From NCBI GenBank assembly GCA_003133065.1, contig PKZM01000020.1, forward strand, positions 36,462 to 80,424: 43,963 bases of DNA, read 5' to 3'. This DNA comes from Acetobacteraceae bacterium. Lineage in GTDB: Bacteria; Pseudomonadota; Alphaproteobacteria; Acetobacterales; Acetobacteraceae. The notes under the pieces were generated by a model. It saw only the letters and a list, made by a program, of their open reading frames with translations, ran no database searches and was not told the DNA's origin. Below, piece after piece: positions 17,770-26,931 of this stretch. Position 1 is the stretch's first letter. Every line of letters starts with the position of its first letter. Made by a program: the position numbers and the translations under genes.

Positions 17770-20340
17770 TCAAAGCACCCACGTCTTGTTCGCCAGCGCA
17801 TGCGCCTCCGGCCCAGGCACGGGCCGGCTGAACAGATAGCCCTGCGCGTAGTCGTAGCCCATCTGCCGCACCAGATCGCATTGCGCGGTGGTCTCCACGC
17901 CCTCGGCCAGTGTGCGCACCCGCAGGGCGCGGCCCAGGCCGCTCACACCCTCCACGATCGCATCGCCGCCGGCGTTGTCCGGCACACCGACCATCAGCGA
18001 CTGGTCGAGCTTGATCTTGTCGAAGGGGAAGCGGCGCAGCGTGCTGAGCGATGAATAGCCGGTGCCGAAATCGTCCATCACGATACGAACGCCCATGGCG
18101 TGCAGGCGGTTCAGCACGCCCAGATTGGCGTCGGTGTGGCTGAGCAGCAGGGATTCCACCACCTCCACCTCCAGCCGGTGCGGCGGCAGGCCCGATCGCG
18201 CCAGCGCCTCGGCCACGTCGGCTTCCACCGTGCCGGCACTGAACTGCATCACCGAGAAATTCACAGCCACACTCACCGGGTCCGGCCAGCGCACCGCATC
18301 CATGCAGGCGGCCATCACCGCCCAGCGGCCGAAGCCGACGATCCAGCCGGTCTCCTCGGCCACGGGAATAAAGTCGACGGGCGAGACCATGCCACGCTCG
18401 GGGTGCTGCCAGCGCATCAGCGCCTCGAAACCCCCGGTGCGGCCAGTGCGCAAATCCACCAGCGGCTGGTAGAACAGGCGCAGCTCCTGCCGCTCCAGCG
18501 CGTCGCGCAATTCCAGCTTCAGCGCCTCGCGGGCCTGCAAATGCAGGTCCATCTCGGGCTCGAAGAAATGCGTGCTGCCGTGGCCGATGGATTTGCTGCG
18601 GTACAGGGCGGTGGCGGCATCCTTGCGCAGCTGGTCGGGCAGCACCGCGTCGTCCGGCGCCAGAGCGATGCCGACACAGGCGGAGAGCATGATCGCCCGC
18701 GCACCGACATAGGAGGGTTGTGCCAGCGCATGCAGGATTCGGCGTGCCAGCGATTCGGCATCCGCACGGCTGGGCAGGCCGGGGGCCAGCACGGCGAATT
18801 CGCCGCCGCCGGTATGGGCCACAACGTCGCGCCCGCCGGCGCAACTGCGCAGGCAGGCGGCCGCCTGCAACAGCACATGGTCGCCGCCATCCTGGCCCAG
18901 GGAATCGTTGATCGCCTTGAAGTCATTGATCTCGATATGCAGAAGGGCCAGGTGGCTGTCCGCGCTGGCCTGCTTCAGAGCGGCGGCGATGCTGGTGTGC
19001 AGCAGATGCGCATTGGCCAGATCGGTGACCGGGTCGTGGTTGGCCAGATGGATCATCCTGGCCTCGGCGCGCCGCCGGTCCTCCTCGGCGTTCTGGCGCT
19101 CGGTGATGTCGAGCGAGGTGCCGACGGCGCCACAGGGCTGGCCGTCCTCGCCGTGCACGGGGCGTCCGGTCAGGCGCACCCAGTGGATGCTGCCGTCGCG
19201 CCAAATATTGCGGCACTCGACATGCATGTACTCGCCTGTCGCCAGGCATTTGCCCATCTCAGCATCGTAGAGCGGCCGGTCCTGAGGGTGCAGCACATCC
19301 AGCAGCGTATCGTAATGCAGCAACTCATCGGCGTGGTGCAGGCCGAGATCGCGGGCGCATTGGTCGGAGGCGGCAAGGCGGCCGCTTTGGAAATCCACCT
19401 CCCAGGTGCCGAGCTTGCCGCTTTCCAGCGCGAAGCGCAGGCGCCGCTCGCTCTCCTGCAAGGCAAGCCGCGTCAATTTGCGATCGTTATGATCCTCCAG
19501 CGTGCCATACCAGCGGATGATGGCGCCGTGGCCGTCGCGCAGGGCGTAGGCGCGGGCACGAAACCAGCTGTAATGTCCGTCTTTCAGGCGCAGGCGGTAT
19601 TCTACGTCCAGCGGCCGGCCGCTGGGCAGGCATTCGGCCCATTGCGCGAAGGCGGCAGCCGCGTCCTCGGGATGCACGCAGGCGGCCCAGCCATGGCCGA
19701 GTGCCTCGTCCGGCGGCAGGCCCACCAGATCGAACCAGCGCGGGCTGGCGGCGTCCACCCCGCCTGCTGGGTTGGCAGTCCAGAACACCTGCGGGCTGAG
19801 CTCGACGGTATTGCGGTGATGCTCCGCGATCTGCCGCAGGTCGGATTTCAGCTTGTAGAAGCTCAGCCGGTCGGAGGCGATCCGGGCGAGCCGGGCCAGC
19901 GCATTGGCGGCATTCTCATCGAAGGCGCGGGGGCGCACATCCATCACGCAGAGCACGCCCAGCGCGTGGCCGGCTTCGTCCGTCAGTGGCGCCCCGGCAT
20001 AGAAGCGGATGCCCGGATCGAACACCCGCGGGTTGGTGGCGAAACGCGCATCGAGATGAGTGTCGGCAACGATGGTCAGGTCGGTGGGCGAAAGGATCGT
20101 GTGGGCACAGAAGGCGAGATGCCGGGGCGTGGCGCCGGGGGCCGGCATGCCGAAAGCAGCGCAGGTGCGCACCGTATCGGCGTCCACCAGGTTGATTTCG
20201 GCCCAGGGCATGCCGTGCTGATGTGCCGCGATCTCGGTAATGATATCGAAATGGGGATCGCCGCTCTGCGGCAGGTCGTCGTGCCCGCGTAGCGCCAGCA
20301 TGCGCTCCGTCTCATCGGGCGGCATTAGCAGATCGAACAC
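17770..20340 (-). CDS. GAF-PAS-PAS-GGDEF(degenerate)-EAL protein, probable c-di-GMP phosphodiesterase
   Basis: GAF (FCAHTIL, IRFYAGAPL), two PAS/PAC (VHPED, LHPQD), GGGEF in place of GGDEF, EAL motifs FEALMRW, DDFGTGYSSL, EGVET. Confidence 0.93.
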   Translation of the reverse strand: MFDLLMPPDETERMLALRGHDDLPQSGDPHFDIITEIAAHQHGMPWAEINLVDADTVRTCAAFGMPAPGATPRHLAFCAHTILSPTDLTIVADTHLDARFATNPRVFDPGIRFYAGAPLTDEAGHALGVLCVMDVRPRAFDENAANALARLARIASDRLSFYKLKSDLRQIAEHHRNTVELSPQVFWTANPAGGVDAASPRWFDLVGLPPDEALGHGWAACVHPEDAAAAFAQWAECLPSGRPLDVEYRLRLKDGHYSWFRARAYALRDGHGAIIRWYGTLEDHNDRKLTRLALQESERRLRFALESGKLGTWEVDFQSGRLAASDQCARDLGLHHADELLHYDTLLDVLHPQDRPLYDAEMGKCLATGEYMHVECRNIWRDGSIHWVRLTGRPVHGEDGQPCGAVGTSLDITERQNAEEDRRRAEARMIHLANHDPVTDLANAHLLHTSIAAALKQASADSHLALLHIEINDFKAINDSLGQDGGDHVLLQAAACLRSCAGGRDVVAHTGGGEFAVLAPGLPSRADAESLARRILHALAQPSYVGARAIMLSACVGIALAPDDAVLPDQLRKDAATALYRSKSIGHGSTHFFEPEMDLHLQAREALKLELRDALERQELRLFYQPLVDLRTGRTGGFEALMRWQHPERGMVSPVDFIPVAEETGWIVGFGRWAVMAACMDAVRWPDPVSVAVNFSVMQFSAGTVEADVAEALARSGLPPHRLEVEVVESLLLSHTDANLGVLNRLHAMGVRIVMDDFGTGYSSLSTLRRFPFDKIKLDQSLMVGVPDNAGGDAIVEGVSGLGRALRVRTLAEGVETTAQCDLVRQMGYDYAQGYLFSRPVPGPEAHALANKTWVL

Positions 20341-20473
20341 TCAACCCCCCCGCGCAGTGTCGCCATCGGGCAGCCAGGTCAGCCTTTCCCCAGCTCTCCG
20401 CTGCCCGGGCGATGCCGCGGGCCGGATTGCACGCCCTGCGCGTGTGCGCGATGTCAAGCGGCGGGTGTACATG

Positions 20474-21142
20474 TCACGTGCGGCGATACTCCAGAACCGA
20501 CCCGTCCTTGACGTGCGCCCGCAGCGCCGTCCAGGTCTGCGCGGCATCATACCAGTCTTCGATCGGCGCCGCACCCCGCATGGCGTAATGCCGCGCGGCC
20601 ACGATCTGGCCATCCGCCAGCATCACGCGGTCCTGCCCCTGAAACTGGGCGGTCTCCTCCAGCAGCGTGCCATCCTGCGGATTGAACAGCGGGGCGGACA
20701 TGCAGGCCTGGTTCCAATGCGTCAGTGGCAGGGCGCCGGCGGGGGCGACCCGGGTGATGCCGCCGCTGCGTATCTCGATCCCGGCGGGAGTGCGGCGGGC
20801 GGAAAGGGACAAGGCTGTGCCGTTATTGTCGGTGGTGGTGTCCAGAGCGGCGAAGCGGCCATTCTCCCACCGTTCCAGGCCCTTGTGATGGTAGCGAAAA
20901 ACCGTGATCGGGCCGAAGCTGATGCGCAGTTTGCAGTCCAGATGCGCAGCCAGGGTTTTGCCCGCGGTTTCGAACCATACTGCGTGCGTGCCGATCACGG
21001 TGCCGTGGCGCATCACCTGGAAGGCCAGTGCGTTCGTTTGTGGGGCGGGCATGGCGCGGGCGGCCGGCGAGGTGGCTGCCACGGCGGCGGCGCGCACGAA
21101 CATGCGGCGGGTCAGGCCATATCCGGTGGGCGCGCCTTGCAT
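20474..21142 (-). CDS. DUF6134-like exported protein with twin-arginine signal
   Basis: LTRRMFVRAAAVAA; FQVMRHGTVIGTH, FRYHHKGLERWENG, WYDA; ATG overlaps the cfa stop (TGATG). Confidence 0.75.
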   Translation of the reverse strand: MQGAPTGYGLTRRMFVRAAAVAATSPAARAMPAPQTNALAFQVMRHGTVIGTHAVWFETAGKTLAAHLDCKLRISFGPITVFRYHHKGLERWENGRFAALDTTTDNNGTALSLSARRTPAGIEIRSGGITRVAPAGALPLTHWNQACMSAPLFNPQDGTLLEETAQFQGQDRVMLADGQIVAARHYAMRGAAPIEDWYDAAQTWTALRAHVKDGSVLEYRRT

Positions 21143-22407
21143 CAGGTGCCTCCTGCATGCGTGACTTCGTAGAGCCCGACATCGATCGAGCCGGCGCGGA
21201 ACCCGGCCTCGCAATAGGCCAGGTAGTATTCCCACTTCCTTTTGAATGTGTCATCGAAGCCTAAGCCCTGCAGGCGGGGCCAGGCGTGCTGGAAGCGGCG
21301 CTGCCATTCCGCCAGGGTTGCGGCATAGCTGTCGCCGAAATGCTGGATGGAGCGCAAGCTGAGGCCGGCCTGCTCGATCTGCGCGCGCAGAACGCTGACC
21401 GATGGCAGCATGCCGCCGGGAAAGATGTGGCGCTGGATGAAATCGGGATCGCGGCGATAGCTGTCGTAATACCGTTCCGCGATGGTGATCACCTGCAGCA
21501 CGGCACGGCCGCTGCTGGCCAGGCATTGGCGCAGACGCGCGAAATATACCGGCCAATATTCGGCGCCCACCGCTTCCAGCATCTCGATCGAGACGATGCG
21601 ATCGAAGCGGCCCTCGACATCGCGGTAATCCTGCAGGCGCAGATCGTGCCGGCCGTGCAGGCCGGCATCCTCCAGCCGGGTGCGGGCATGGTCGAGTTGC
21701 GCCGGTGACAGGGTAAGGCCCGTGACGTGGCAGGAGTTTTCCATAATCAGGCGTTCGGCCAGGCCGCCCCAGCCGCAGCCGATCTCCAGGACAGTCTCTC
21801 CGCCCGAGAGCCCCAGGCGGGACATGACCAGATCCTGCTTGGCCCGTTGCGCAGCCTCCAGGGACAGGGTTTGCCCGGGTTTGGTGTCTGGCGGGTAGTA
21901 AGCCGAGGAGTAGCTCATGTCGCGATCCAGCCAGGCGGCATAGAAATCGTTACCGAGATCGTAATGCGCCTCGATGTTCCGGCGGCTGCCGCGGCGGGTG
22001 TTCGCGCGCTTGCGGTGCTGCAGGCGCACCAGCACGCGCGAGAACCGCGAACCCATCAGGGTGCGGTTCAACGCATCCTGATTCAGGGCGAACAGCTCGA
22101 TCAGGGCGGCCAGGTTGGGGCTGGTCCAATCGCCTTCCATATAGGCTTCGGCAAAGCCGATCTGGCCGTCGGCCAGCACGCGGCGCAGCAGCTGCCAGTT
22201 GCGCAGAACCAGGGTTGCTTCAGGGCCTGGGCTTTGGGCGTCGTTCTGGATGCGGTCGCCGGACGGTGTCACGATGGTGAGGCGGCCGACGGCGAGAATT
22301 TGGATCAGGCTGTGCAGCAGCCGGCCGGAAACGCTCGCCCGCCCGAGCAGGAGGCGCCTGGGGCTTGCGCGCAGGGCATGCAACGTGTCGGCAGTCGGCA
22401 ACGTCAT
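21142..22407 (-). CDS. cfa: Cyclopropane-fatty-acyl-phospholipid synthase family methyltransferase (UfaM-like)
   Basis: IGFAEAYMEGDW, NIEAHYDLGNDFY, VLEIGCGWGG, DYRD, FDRIVSIEMLEAVG, FIQRHIFPGG, WEYYLAYCEAGF. Confidence 0.93.
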   Translation of the reverse strand: MTLPTADTLHALRASPRRLLLGRASVSGRLLHSLIQILAVGRLTIVTPSGDRIQNDAQSPGPEATLVLRNWQLLRRVLADGQIGFAEAYMEGDWTSPNLAALIELFALNQDALNRTLMGSRFSRVLVRLQHRKRANTRRGSRRNIEAHYDLGNDFYAAWLDRDMSYSSAYYPPDTKPGQTLSLEAAQRAKQDLVMSRLGLSGGETVLEIGCGWGGLAERLIMENSCHVTGLTLSPAQLDHARTRLEDAGLHGRHDLRLQDYRDVEGRFDRIVSIEMLEAVGAEYWPVYFARLRQCLASSGRAVLQVITIAERYYDSYRRDPDFIQRHIFPGGMLPSVSVLRAQIEQAGLSLRSIQHFGDSYAATLAEWQRRFQHAWPRLQGLGFDDTFKRKWEYYLAYCEAGFRAGSIDVGLYEVTHAGGT

Positions 22408-22417
22408 TCTGGGCAGC

Positions 22418-23296
22418 CTAGAGTGGGGTGGAAACGGGATGCAGCGGGGGCGCCGGCCGTGGCAGCAGGGCAAGTCCCCGCCACCACAGCTTCAGCGCCT
22501 CCCAATGGATGGCGGCGAGTACCTTTATGCCAAGGAGCGGCGTCGCCAGGAACCGTGCCAGCAGCGCGCCGTCCGTCAGGTTCTGCCGCGTGCCAGCAAA
22601 GGCCGTGGCGATCAGCGTGCCTGCTTCATCGGACGCGGTGATCGCCAGCGACACGGAAGGCCCCGGCGGCTTGACCCGGAAACGATAGGTCAGGCGCATC
22701 GGCATGAACGGAGAGACAAAAAACTGTTTCTCACAGCTTTGCCGGACCACGCTGCGTTCGGCCGTCTGGGCCGGGATCAGGTAGCAATGTTTTTCGCCGA
22801 AGGTGTTGCGCACCTCGTAGATCATCGCGAGCAGCGCGCCGTCAGGGGCGTGGCAGAAGAACACGCTGATGGGATTGAAGGCGTGGCCGAGGATACGCGG
22901 CATGCACAGGATTTGGATGGGGCCGCAGCGTTCGCCCAGGCCTGCGGCGGCGAGGTGCTGCTGCACCCAGGGGCGTAGCCCGCCCGGCGCGCCGTTGCCG
23001 TGGTCGCGTTCGCGGAAGGAAAACAGATTGAACCGCTCATGCGAGAACAGGCGGAGCCGGGCCGACAGCATCGGCAGCTCATCCAGATCGAACAGCATGT
23101 AGAACACGCGATAGCGCAGCCGATGCCTGACCGGCCTCAACCGCTGATGCACCACGCTGCCATCATAAAACGCGCTCACCGCATGTTGCGGATCCAGACA
23201 GGCAAAAGTTTTTTGCTTCTTTTTTTCAAAAAAGAAGAAAGAATCTTCTTTTCTGAAGAAAAGAAGCAAAAGACTTTTACCTATTGTACCCGTCAT
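22418..23296 (-). CDS. DUF1365 protein (UfaO-like); homology begins at GTG 23179, ORF extends in frame through repeat locus 7
   Basis: SAFYDGSVVHQRLRPVRH, MPRILGHAFNPISVFFC, YEVRNTFGEKH, KQFFVSPFM, IHWEALKLWWRG. Confidence 0.9.
   Translation of the reverse strand: MTGTIGKSLLLLFFRKEDSFFFFEKKKQKTFACLDPQHAVSAFYDGSVVHQRLRPVRHRLRYRVFYMLFDLDELPMLSARLRLFSHERFNLFSFRERDHGNGAPGGLRPWVQQHLAAAGLGERCGPIQILCMPRILGHAFNPISVFFCHAPDGALLAMIYEVRNTFGEKHCYLIPAQTAERSVVRQSCEKQFFVSPFMPMRLTYRFRVKPPGPSVSLAITASDEAGTLIATAFAGTRQNLTDGALLARFLATPLLGIKVLAAIHWEALKLWWRGLALLPRPAPPLHPVSTPL
23204..23278. repeat. AT-rich hairpin repeat locus 7 (tail-to-tail arms)
   Basis: Reverse arm 23204-23237, 7-nt linker aaagaat, forward arm cttcttttctgaagaaaagaagcaaaagactttt 23245-23278. 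Confidence 0.95.
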
Positions 23297-24639
23297 ACGG
23301 GCACGGCTTCGGTTATGGGGATGAGGGGGTGGGTGTGGATTCGGGCGGAGCCGGGGGGGACGGACCAGGGGCGGGATTCGCCGCCCAGGGCTTCGGCGAC
23401 GGCGAGGCCGGCTTGCAGCCCATCCTCGTGGAAGCCGGCGCCGAACCAGGCGCCGCAGAACCAGGTGCGGCGCACGCCCTGCAGCGACCAGAGTTTTCGT
23501 TGCGCCTGCATCGCCCCCACATCGAAGAGCGGGTGTTCATAGCTCTGGCGGAACAGCTCCGTGCCGTGGCGGGGCGGGCGGGGCGGATTGAGCGTGACGA
23601 AAATCGGCTTCTCGCGGCGCAGGTTTTGCAGGTTGTTCATCCAGTAGGTAACGCACGGGCCCGCATCGCTGTCGCGCCGCGTGCCGATATAATTCCAGCT
23701 GGCCCATACCGCGCGGCGCTTGGGCATGAAACTCGGATCGCGGTGGAGAACGGCAACGTTGTGGCTGGTGCCGAACGCGCCGAGCAGGTCGTGCTCCTCG
23801 TCATCGGCATCGCTGAGCATGGCCAGAGCCTGGTCGGCATGCGTGGCGATGACGGCGTGGTCGAACTGGGCCGACTCGCCGTTGGTATCGCGCAGCAGCA
23901 CGCCATCCGGCAGGCGCTTCAGCGAGGCCACGCCGCGGTTGAGGTGGATGGTGCCGGAAAACGCCGATGCCAGGCGCGAGACATAGGCCTGGCTGCCGCC
24001 GGTGACGGTGCGCCATAATGGACGGTGGCGAAGCCGGAGCAGGCCGTGATTGTCGCAGAAGCGGAAGAAGGCGGCCGCCGGATATTCCCGCATTTCGCTG
24101 GGCCTGGCCGACCAGATGGCAGCCGCCATCGGCAGCAGGTGATCTTCCAGCAGCGGCGTGCCGTAGCCCCGCCAGTCCAGCCAGTCGCCCAGCGAGGTGA
24201 GGTCCGGCTCCGCGATGATGGGGTCACGCGGGGCCTCGGCATAGAGGCGCCTCAGATCCGCCAGCATGGACCAGAAGCGCCGGTTGAACAGGTTGGCCGG
24301 CTGCCCGAACAGGCCGCGCAGCCCGGTGCCCGCATATTCCAGCCTGCCATCGTCCAGCGAGGCGGCGAACGACATGTCGGAGGCTTCGGTCGGCACGCGC
24401 AGATGGCGGAACAGCGCGGTGAGATTGGGGTAGGTTGGCTCATTGTAGACAATGAAGCCGGTATCGACCGGGAAGGGACCATGTTCGCCGGCGACATCCA
24501 CCGTATGCGCATGGCCGCCCAGGCGCGGGCCCTGTTCGTAGAGGGTGACGCGGTGATTGCGGGAAAGCAGCCAGGCGCAGGATAGCCCCGCGATGCCGCT
24601 GCCGATGACGGCGATGCTCTGGTCGAAACGGTCTGGCAT
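23293..24639 (-). CDS. FAD-dependent oxidoreductase (UfaD/Rv0449c-like)
   Basis: IAVIGSGIAGL, RLGGHAHT, VDTGFIVYN, WASWNY, YEHP, CGAWFGAGFHEDG. Confidence 0.93.
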   Translation of the reverse strand: MPDRFDQSIAVIGSGIAGLSCAWLLSRNHRVTLYEQGPRLGGHAHTVDVAGEHGPFPVDTGFIVYNEPTYPNLTALFRHLRVPTEASDMSFAASLDDGRLEYAGTGLRGLFGQPANLFNRRFWSMLADLRRLYAEAPRDPIIAEPDLTSLGDWLDWRGYGTPLLEDHLLPMAAAIWSARPSEMREYPAAAFFRFCDNHGLLRLRHRPLWRTVTGGSQAYVSRLASAFSGTIHLNRGVASLKRLPDGVLLRDTNGESAQFDHAVIATHADQALAMLSDADDEEHDLLGAFGTSHNVAVLHRDPSFMPKRRAVWASWNYIGTRRDSDAGPCVTYWMNNLQNLRREKPIFVTLNPPRPPRHGTELFRQSYEHPLFDVGAMQAQRKLWSLQGVRRTWFCGAWFGAGFHEDGLQAGLAVAEALGGESRPWSVPPGSARIHTHPLIPITEAVPV

Positions 24640-24732
24640 CTGAACCACGGCGTTGTTCGCTCCTTCGATGCCTGACCGGCACGGCCATCCGCAACGGGAA
24701 GGTGGCTGGCCCAGGCGCTGGTGCCGTGGGGG

Positions 24733-24758
24733 TACGGCGCAGGTGCGGCACCGGATGC
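24733..24758 (-). promoter_or_regulatory. Putative ECF sigma promoter (GCATCC-N16-CGTA) for the oxidoreductase-DUF1365-cfa operon
   Basis: Minus strand GCATCCggtgccgcacctgcgcCGTA; the same motif and spacing occur on the opposite strand. Confidence 0.65.
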
Positions 24759-24855
24759 GGATAGCGTGCAAAATGGTCGCACGCCAACCTCACATACACA
24801 CGCGCGATTGCCTACCCATGATGCCCCAGTGTCACGCGCGGGCAGGCGAGGTCAC

Positions 24856-24881
24856 GCATCCGATGCCGCGTCATAGGCGTA
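24856..24881 (+). promoter_or_regulatory. Putative ECF sigma promoter (GCATCC-N16-CGTA) for DUF1295-methyltransferase
   Basis: GCATCCgatgccgcgtcataggCGTA, 50 nt before ATG 24932. Confidence 0.65.
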
Positions 24882-24931
24882 GGCTCATTCGGATCGTATG
24901 AGTGTGTGCCGCCTCACAGGTTGTAACCGGA

Positions 24932-25753
24932 ATGATGATTTGGCTCTCGCTGCTCGCGTTGGTGATGATGGTGCTGGTGATGTCGCTCGCTTGGGCGGTG
25001 CAGAAACGCACGCGCAATGCCGGCTGGGTTGATGCGTTCTGGAGTGCGGGCACCGGCGTTGCCGGCGCGATCTGCGCGCTGCTTCCGGTGCGCGGCGCGC
25101 CTACGTTGCGCGTCTGGCTGGTGGCGCTGCTGGCACTGGCATGGGCGGGGCGGCTGGCGTTCTACCTTGTTCGGCGCACCAGCGGATCGGCGCGCGAGGA
25201 TGTTCGTTATGCCCGCTTCAGGCAGGAATGGGGCGCCGCTTTCGATTCGCGCATGTTCTGGTTCTTGATGGTGCAGGCGGCGGTGGGCGCGCTGCTGGCC
25301 ATTTGCGTGATGCTGGCGGCGCGCAATCCGGTGGCGCAGCTGCGCTGGCTGGATGTGGCCGCAGCCCTTGTGCTGTTGGTGGCGGTTGGCGGCGAAACCC
25401 TGGCGGATCGGCAGATGCACCGTTTTCGCGTCGATCCGGCGAATCGGGGAAAGGTGTGCGCCGTGGGGTTATGGGGCTGGTCGCGCCATCCGAACTATTT
25501 TTTCGAGTGTGTCGGCTGGTGTGCCTATCCGATCTTCGCGTTCGATCCATCATTCCACTGGAACTGGGGCCTGGCGGCGCTGGCCGGGCCGCTGGCGATG
25601 ATCTGGCTGCTGACCAAGGTTTCGGGCATTCCGCCCCTGGAGCGGGAAATGGTCGATTCCCGGCCCGCCGCCTACCGGGCTTACCAGGCGCGCGTGAGTG
25701 CCTTTATTCCGCGTCCCCCCAAAACCACCCCTGGCCTTGAGGCAACACGATGA
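24932..25753 (+). CDS. DUF1295 membrane protein (steroid 5-alpha-reductase-like)
   Basis: NAGWVDAFWS, EDVRY, ETLADRQMHRF, GLWGWSRHPNYFFE, VSGIPPLE, YRAYQARVSAFIP. Confidence 0.93.
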   Translation: MMIWLSLLALVMMVLVMSLAWAVQKRTRNAGWVDAFWSAGTGVAGAICALLPVRGAPTLRVWLVALLALAWAGRLAFYLVRRTSGSAREDVRYARFRQEWGAAFDSRMFWFLMVQAAVGALLAICVMLAARNPVAQLRWLDVAAALVLLVAVGGETLADRQMHRFRVDPANRGKVCAVGLWGWSRHPNYFFECVGWCAYPIFAFDPSFHWNWGLAALAGPLAMIWLLTKVSGIPPLEREMVDSRPAAYRAYQARVSAFIPRPPKTTPGLEATR

Positions 25754-26784
25754 CCGCACTGGGACTGACCTTGGCCACCGGCGCCGCCGAGCGCCTGCCG
25801 TTGCCGGACAGGCTGACGCGGCTGGGCATCAGGATGCTGGTGGGCCGCACATCGCGAAAGCTGGCGGCCGTGCCGGACCGGGCGGAGGCGGCCTTTGCGG
25901 CGGGCTTCGGTGCTTTTCCGATCGCGGCGCATACGGATGACGCGAACGCACAGCATTATGAATTACCGGCAGAATTCTTCGGCCTGGTGTTGGGGGCACG
26001 GCGGAAATATTCCAGCTGCCTGTACACCGAGGCCGCCGATACGCTGGATGTGGCGGAGGTGCGCGCGCTGGAGGAAACCTGCCTGCATGCGCGGCTGGCT
26101 GATGGCCAGTCGATCCTGGAACTGGGCTGCGGCTGGGGTTCGCTGAGCCTGTGGATGGCAGAGCGTTATCCGGGCGCGCGGATCATGGCGGTGAGCAATT
26201 CCGCCTCCCAGAGGGCTTATATCGAAGCGGTGGCGGCGGCGCGCGGTTTTACGAATCTGCGCGTGGTGACGGCGGATATGAACAGTTTTTCTCCGGAGCG
26301 GCTGTTCGACCGTGTGGTCTCCGTGGAGATGTTCGAGCACATGGCCAACTGGCAGGCGCTGCTGGCGCGCGTGCATGGCTGGCTGGCGCCTGGCGGCAAG
26401 TTGTTCGTGCATGTATTCGCGCATAAGCGGGCACCCTACCGGTTCGACCACACCGATGACGGCGACTGGATCGCCAAGCACTTCTTCACCGGCGGCATCA
26501 TGCCGAGCCACGGCCTGATGCAGCATTTTTCGGACCTGTTCGCGGTGGAGGCGCAGTGGCGCTGGGGCGGGGTGCATTACCAGCGTACCGCACGGGACTG
26601 GCTGGCCAATTACGACCGCAACCAGGCCGAGGTGATGCGGGTGTTGCGCGCGGTGTATGGCGCCGATGCGCGGCTGTGGCAGCGCCGCTGGCGACTGTTT
26701 TTTCTGGCCACCGCAGGGCTGTTCGGCTACCGGGGCGGCAAGGAATGGGGCGTGAGCCATTATTTGCTGGTGCCGACGGCCTAG
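25750..26784 (+). CDS. Cfa-like SAM-dependent methyltransferase
   Basis: ANAQHYELP, KYSSC, ILELGCGWGSLSL, FDRVVSVEMFEHM, FFTGGIMPS; ATGA overlap with DUF1295. Confidence 0.93.
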   Translation: MTALGLTLATGAAERLPLPDRLTRLGIRMLVGRTSRKLAAVPDRAEAAFAAGFGAFPIAAHTDDANAQHYELPAEFFGLVLGARRKYSSCLYTEAADTLDVAEVRALEETCLHARLADGQSILELGCGWGSLSLWMAERYPGARIMAVSNSASQRAYIEAVAAARGFTNLRVVTADMNSFSPERLFDRVVSVEMFEHMANWQALLARVHGWLAPGGKLFVHVFAHKRAPYRFDHTDDGDWIAKHFFTGGIMPSHGLMQHFSDLFAVEAQWRWGGVHYQRTARDWLANYDRNQAEVMRVLRAVYGADARLWQRRWRLFFLATAGLFGYRGGKEWGVSHYLLVPTA

Positions 26785-26899
26785 AGCATCATCCGACGAC
26801 AAGGGGGTTACCCGTCGGATAAAGATGCTCGCCAAAACAAAGACCTAGAGCATTTTCCGGCCGCCTACCCAAAGTCGAATAGGTCGGAAAATGCTCCAG
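26781..26899. repeat. Alphaproteobacterial double-hairpin intergenic repeat (CIR/Bru-RS-like)
   Basis: CTAGAGCAT...ATGCTC-gccAAAACAAAGAC-CTAGAGCATTTTCC...GGAAAATGCTCCAG: two stem-loops joined by an A-rich linker. Confidence 0.8.
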
Positions 26900-26931
26900 G
26901 GCGTATCGGATCGTGGTCAGGGCGTAGGGAC

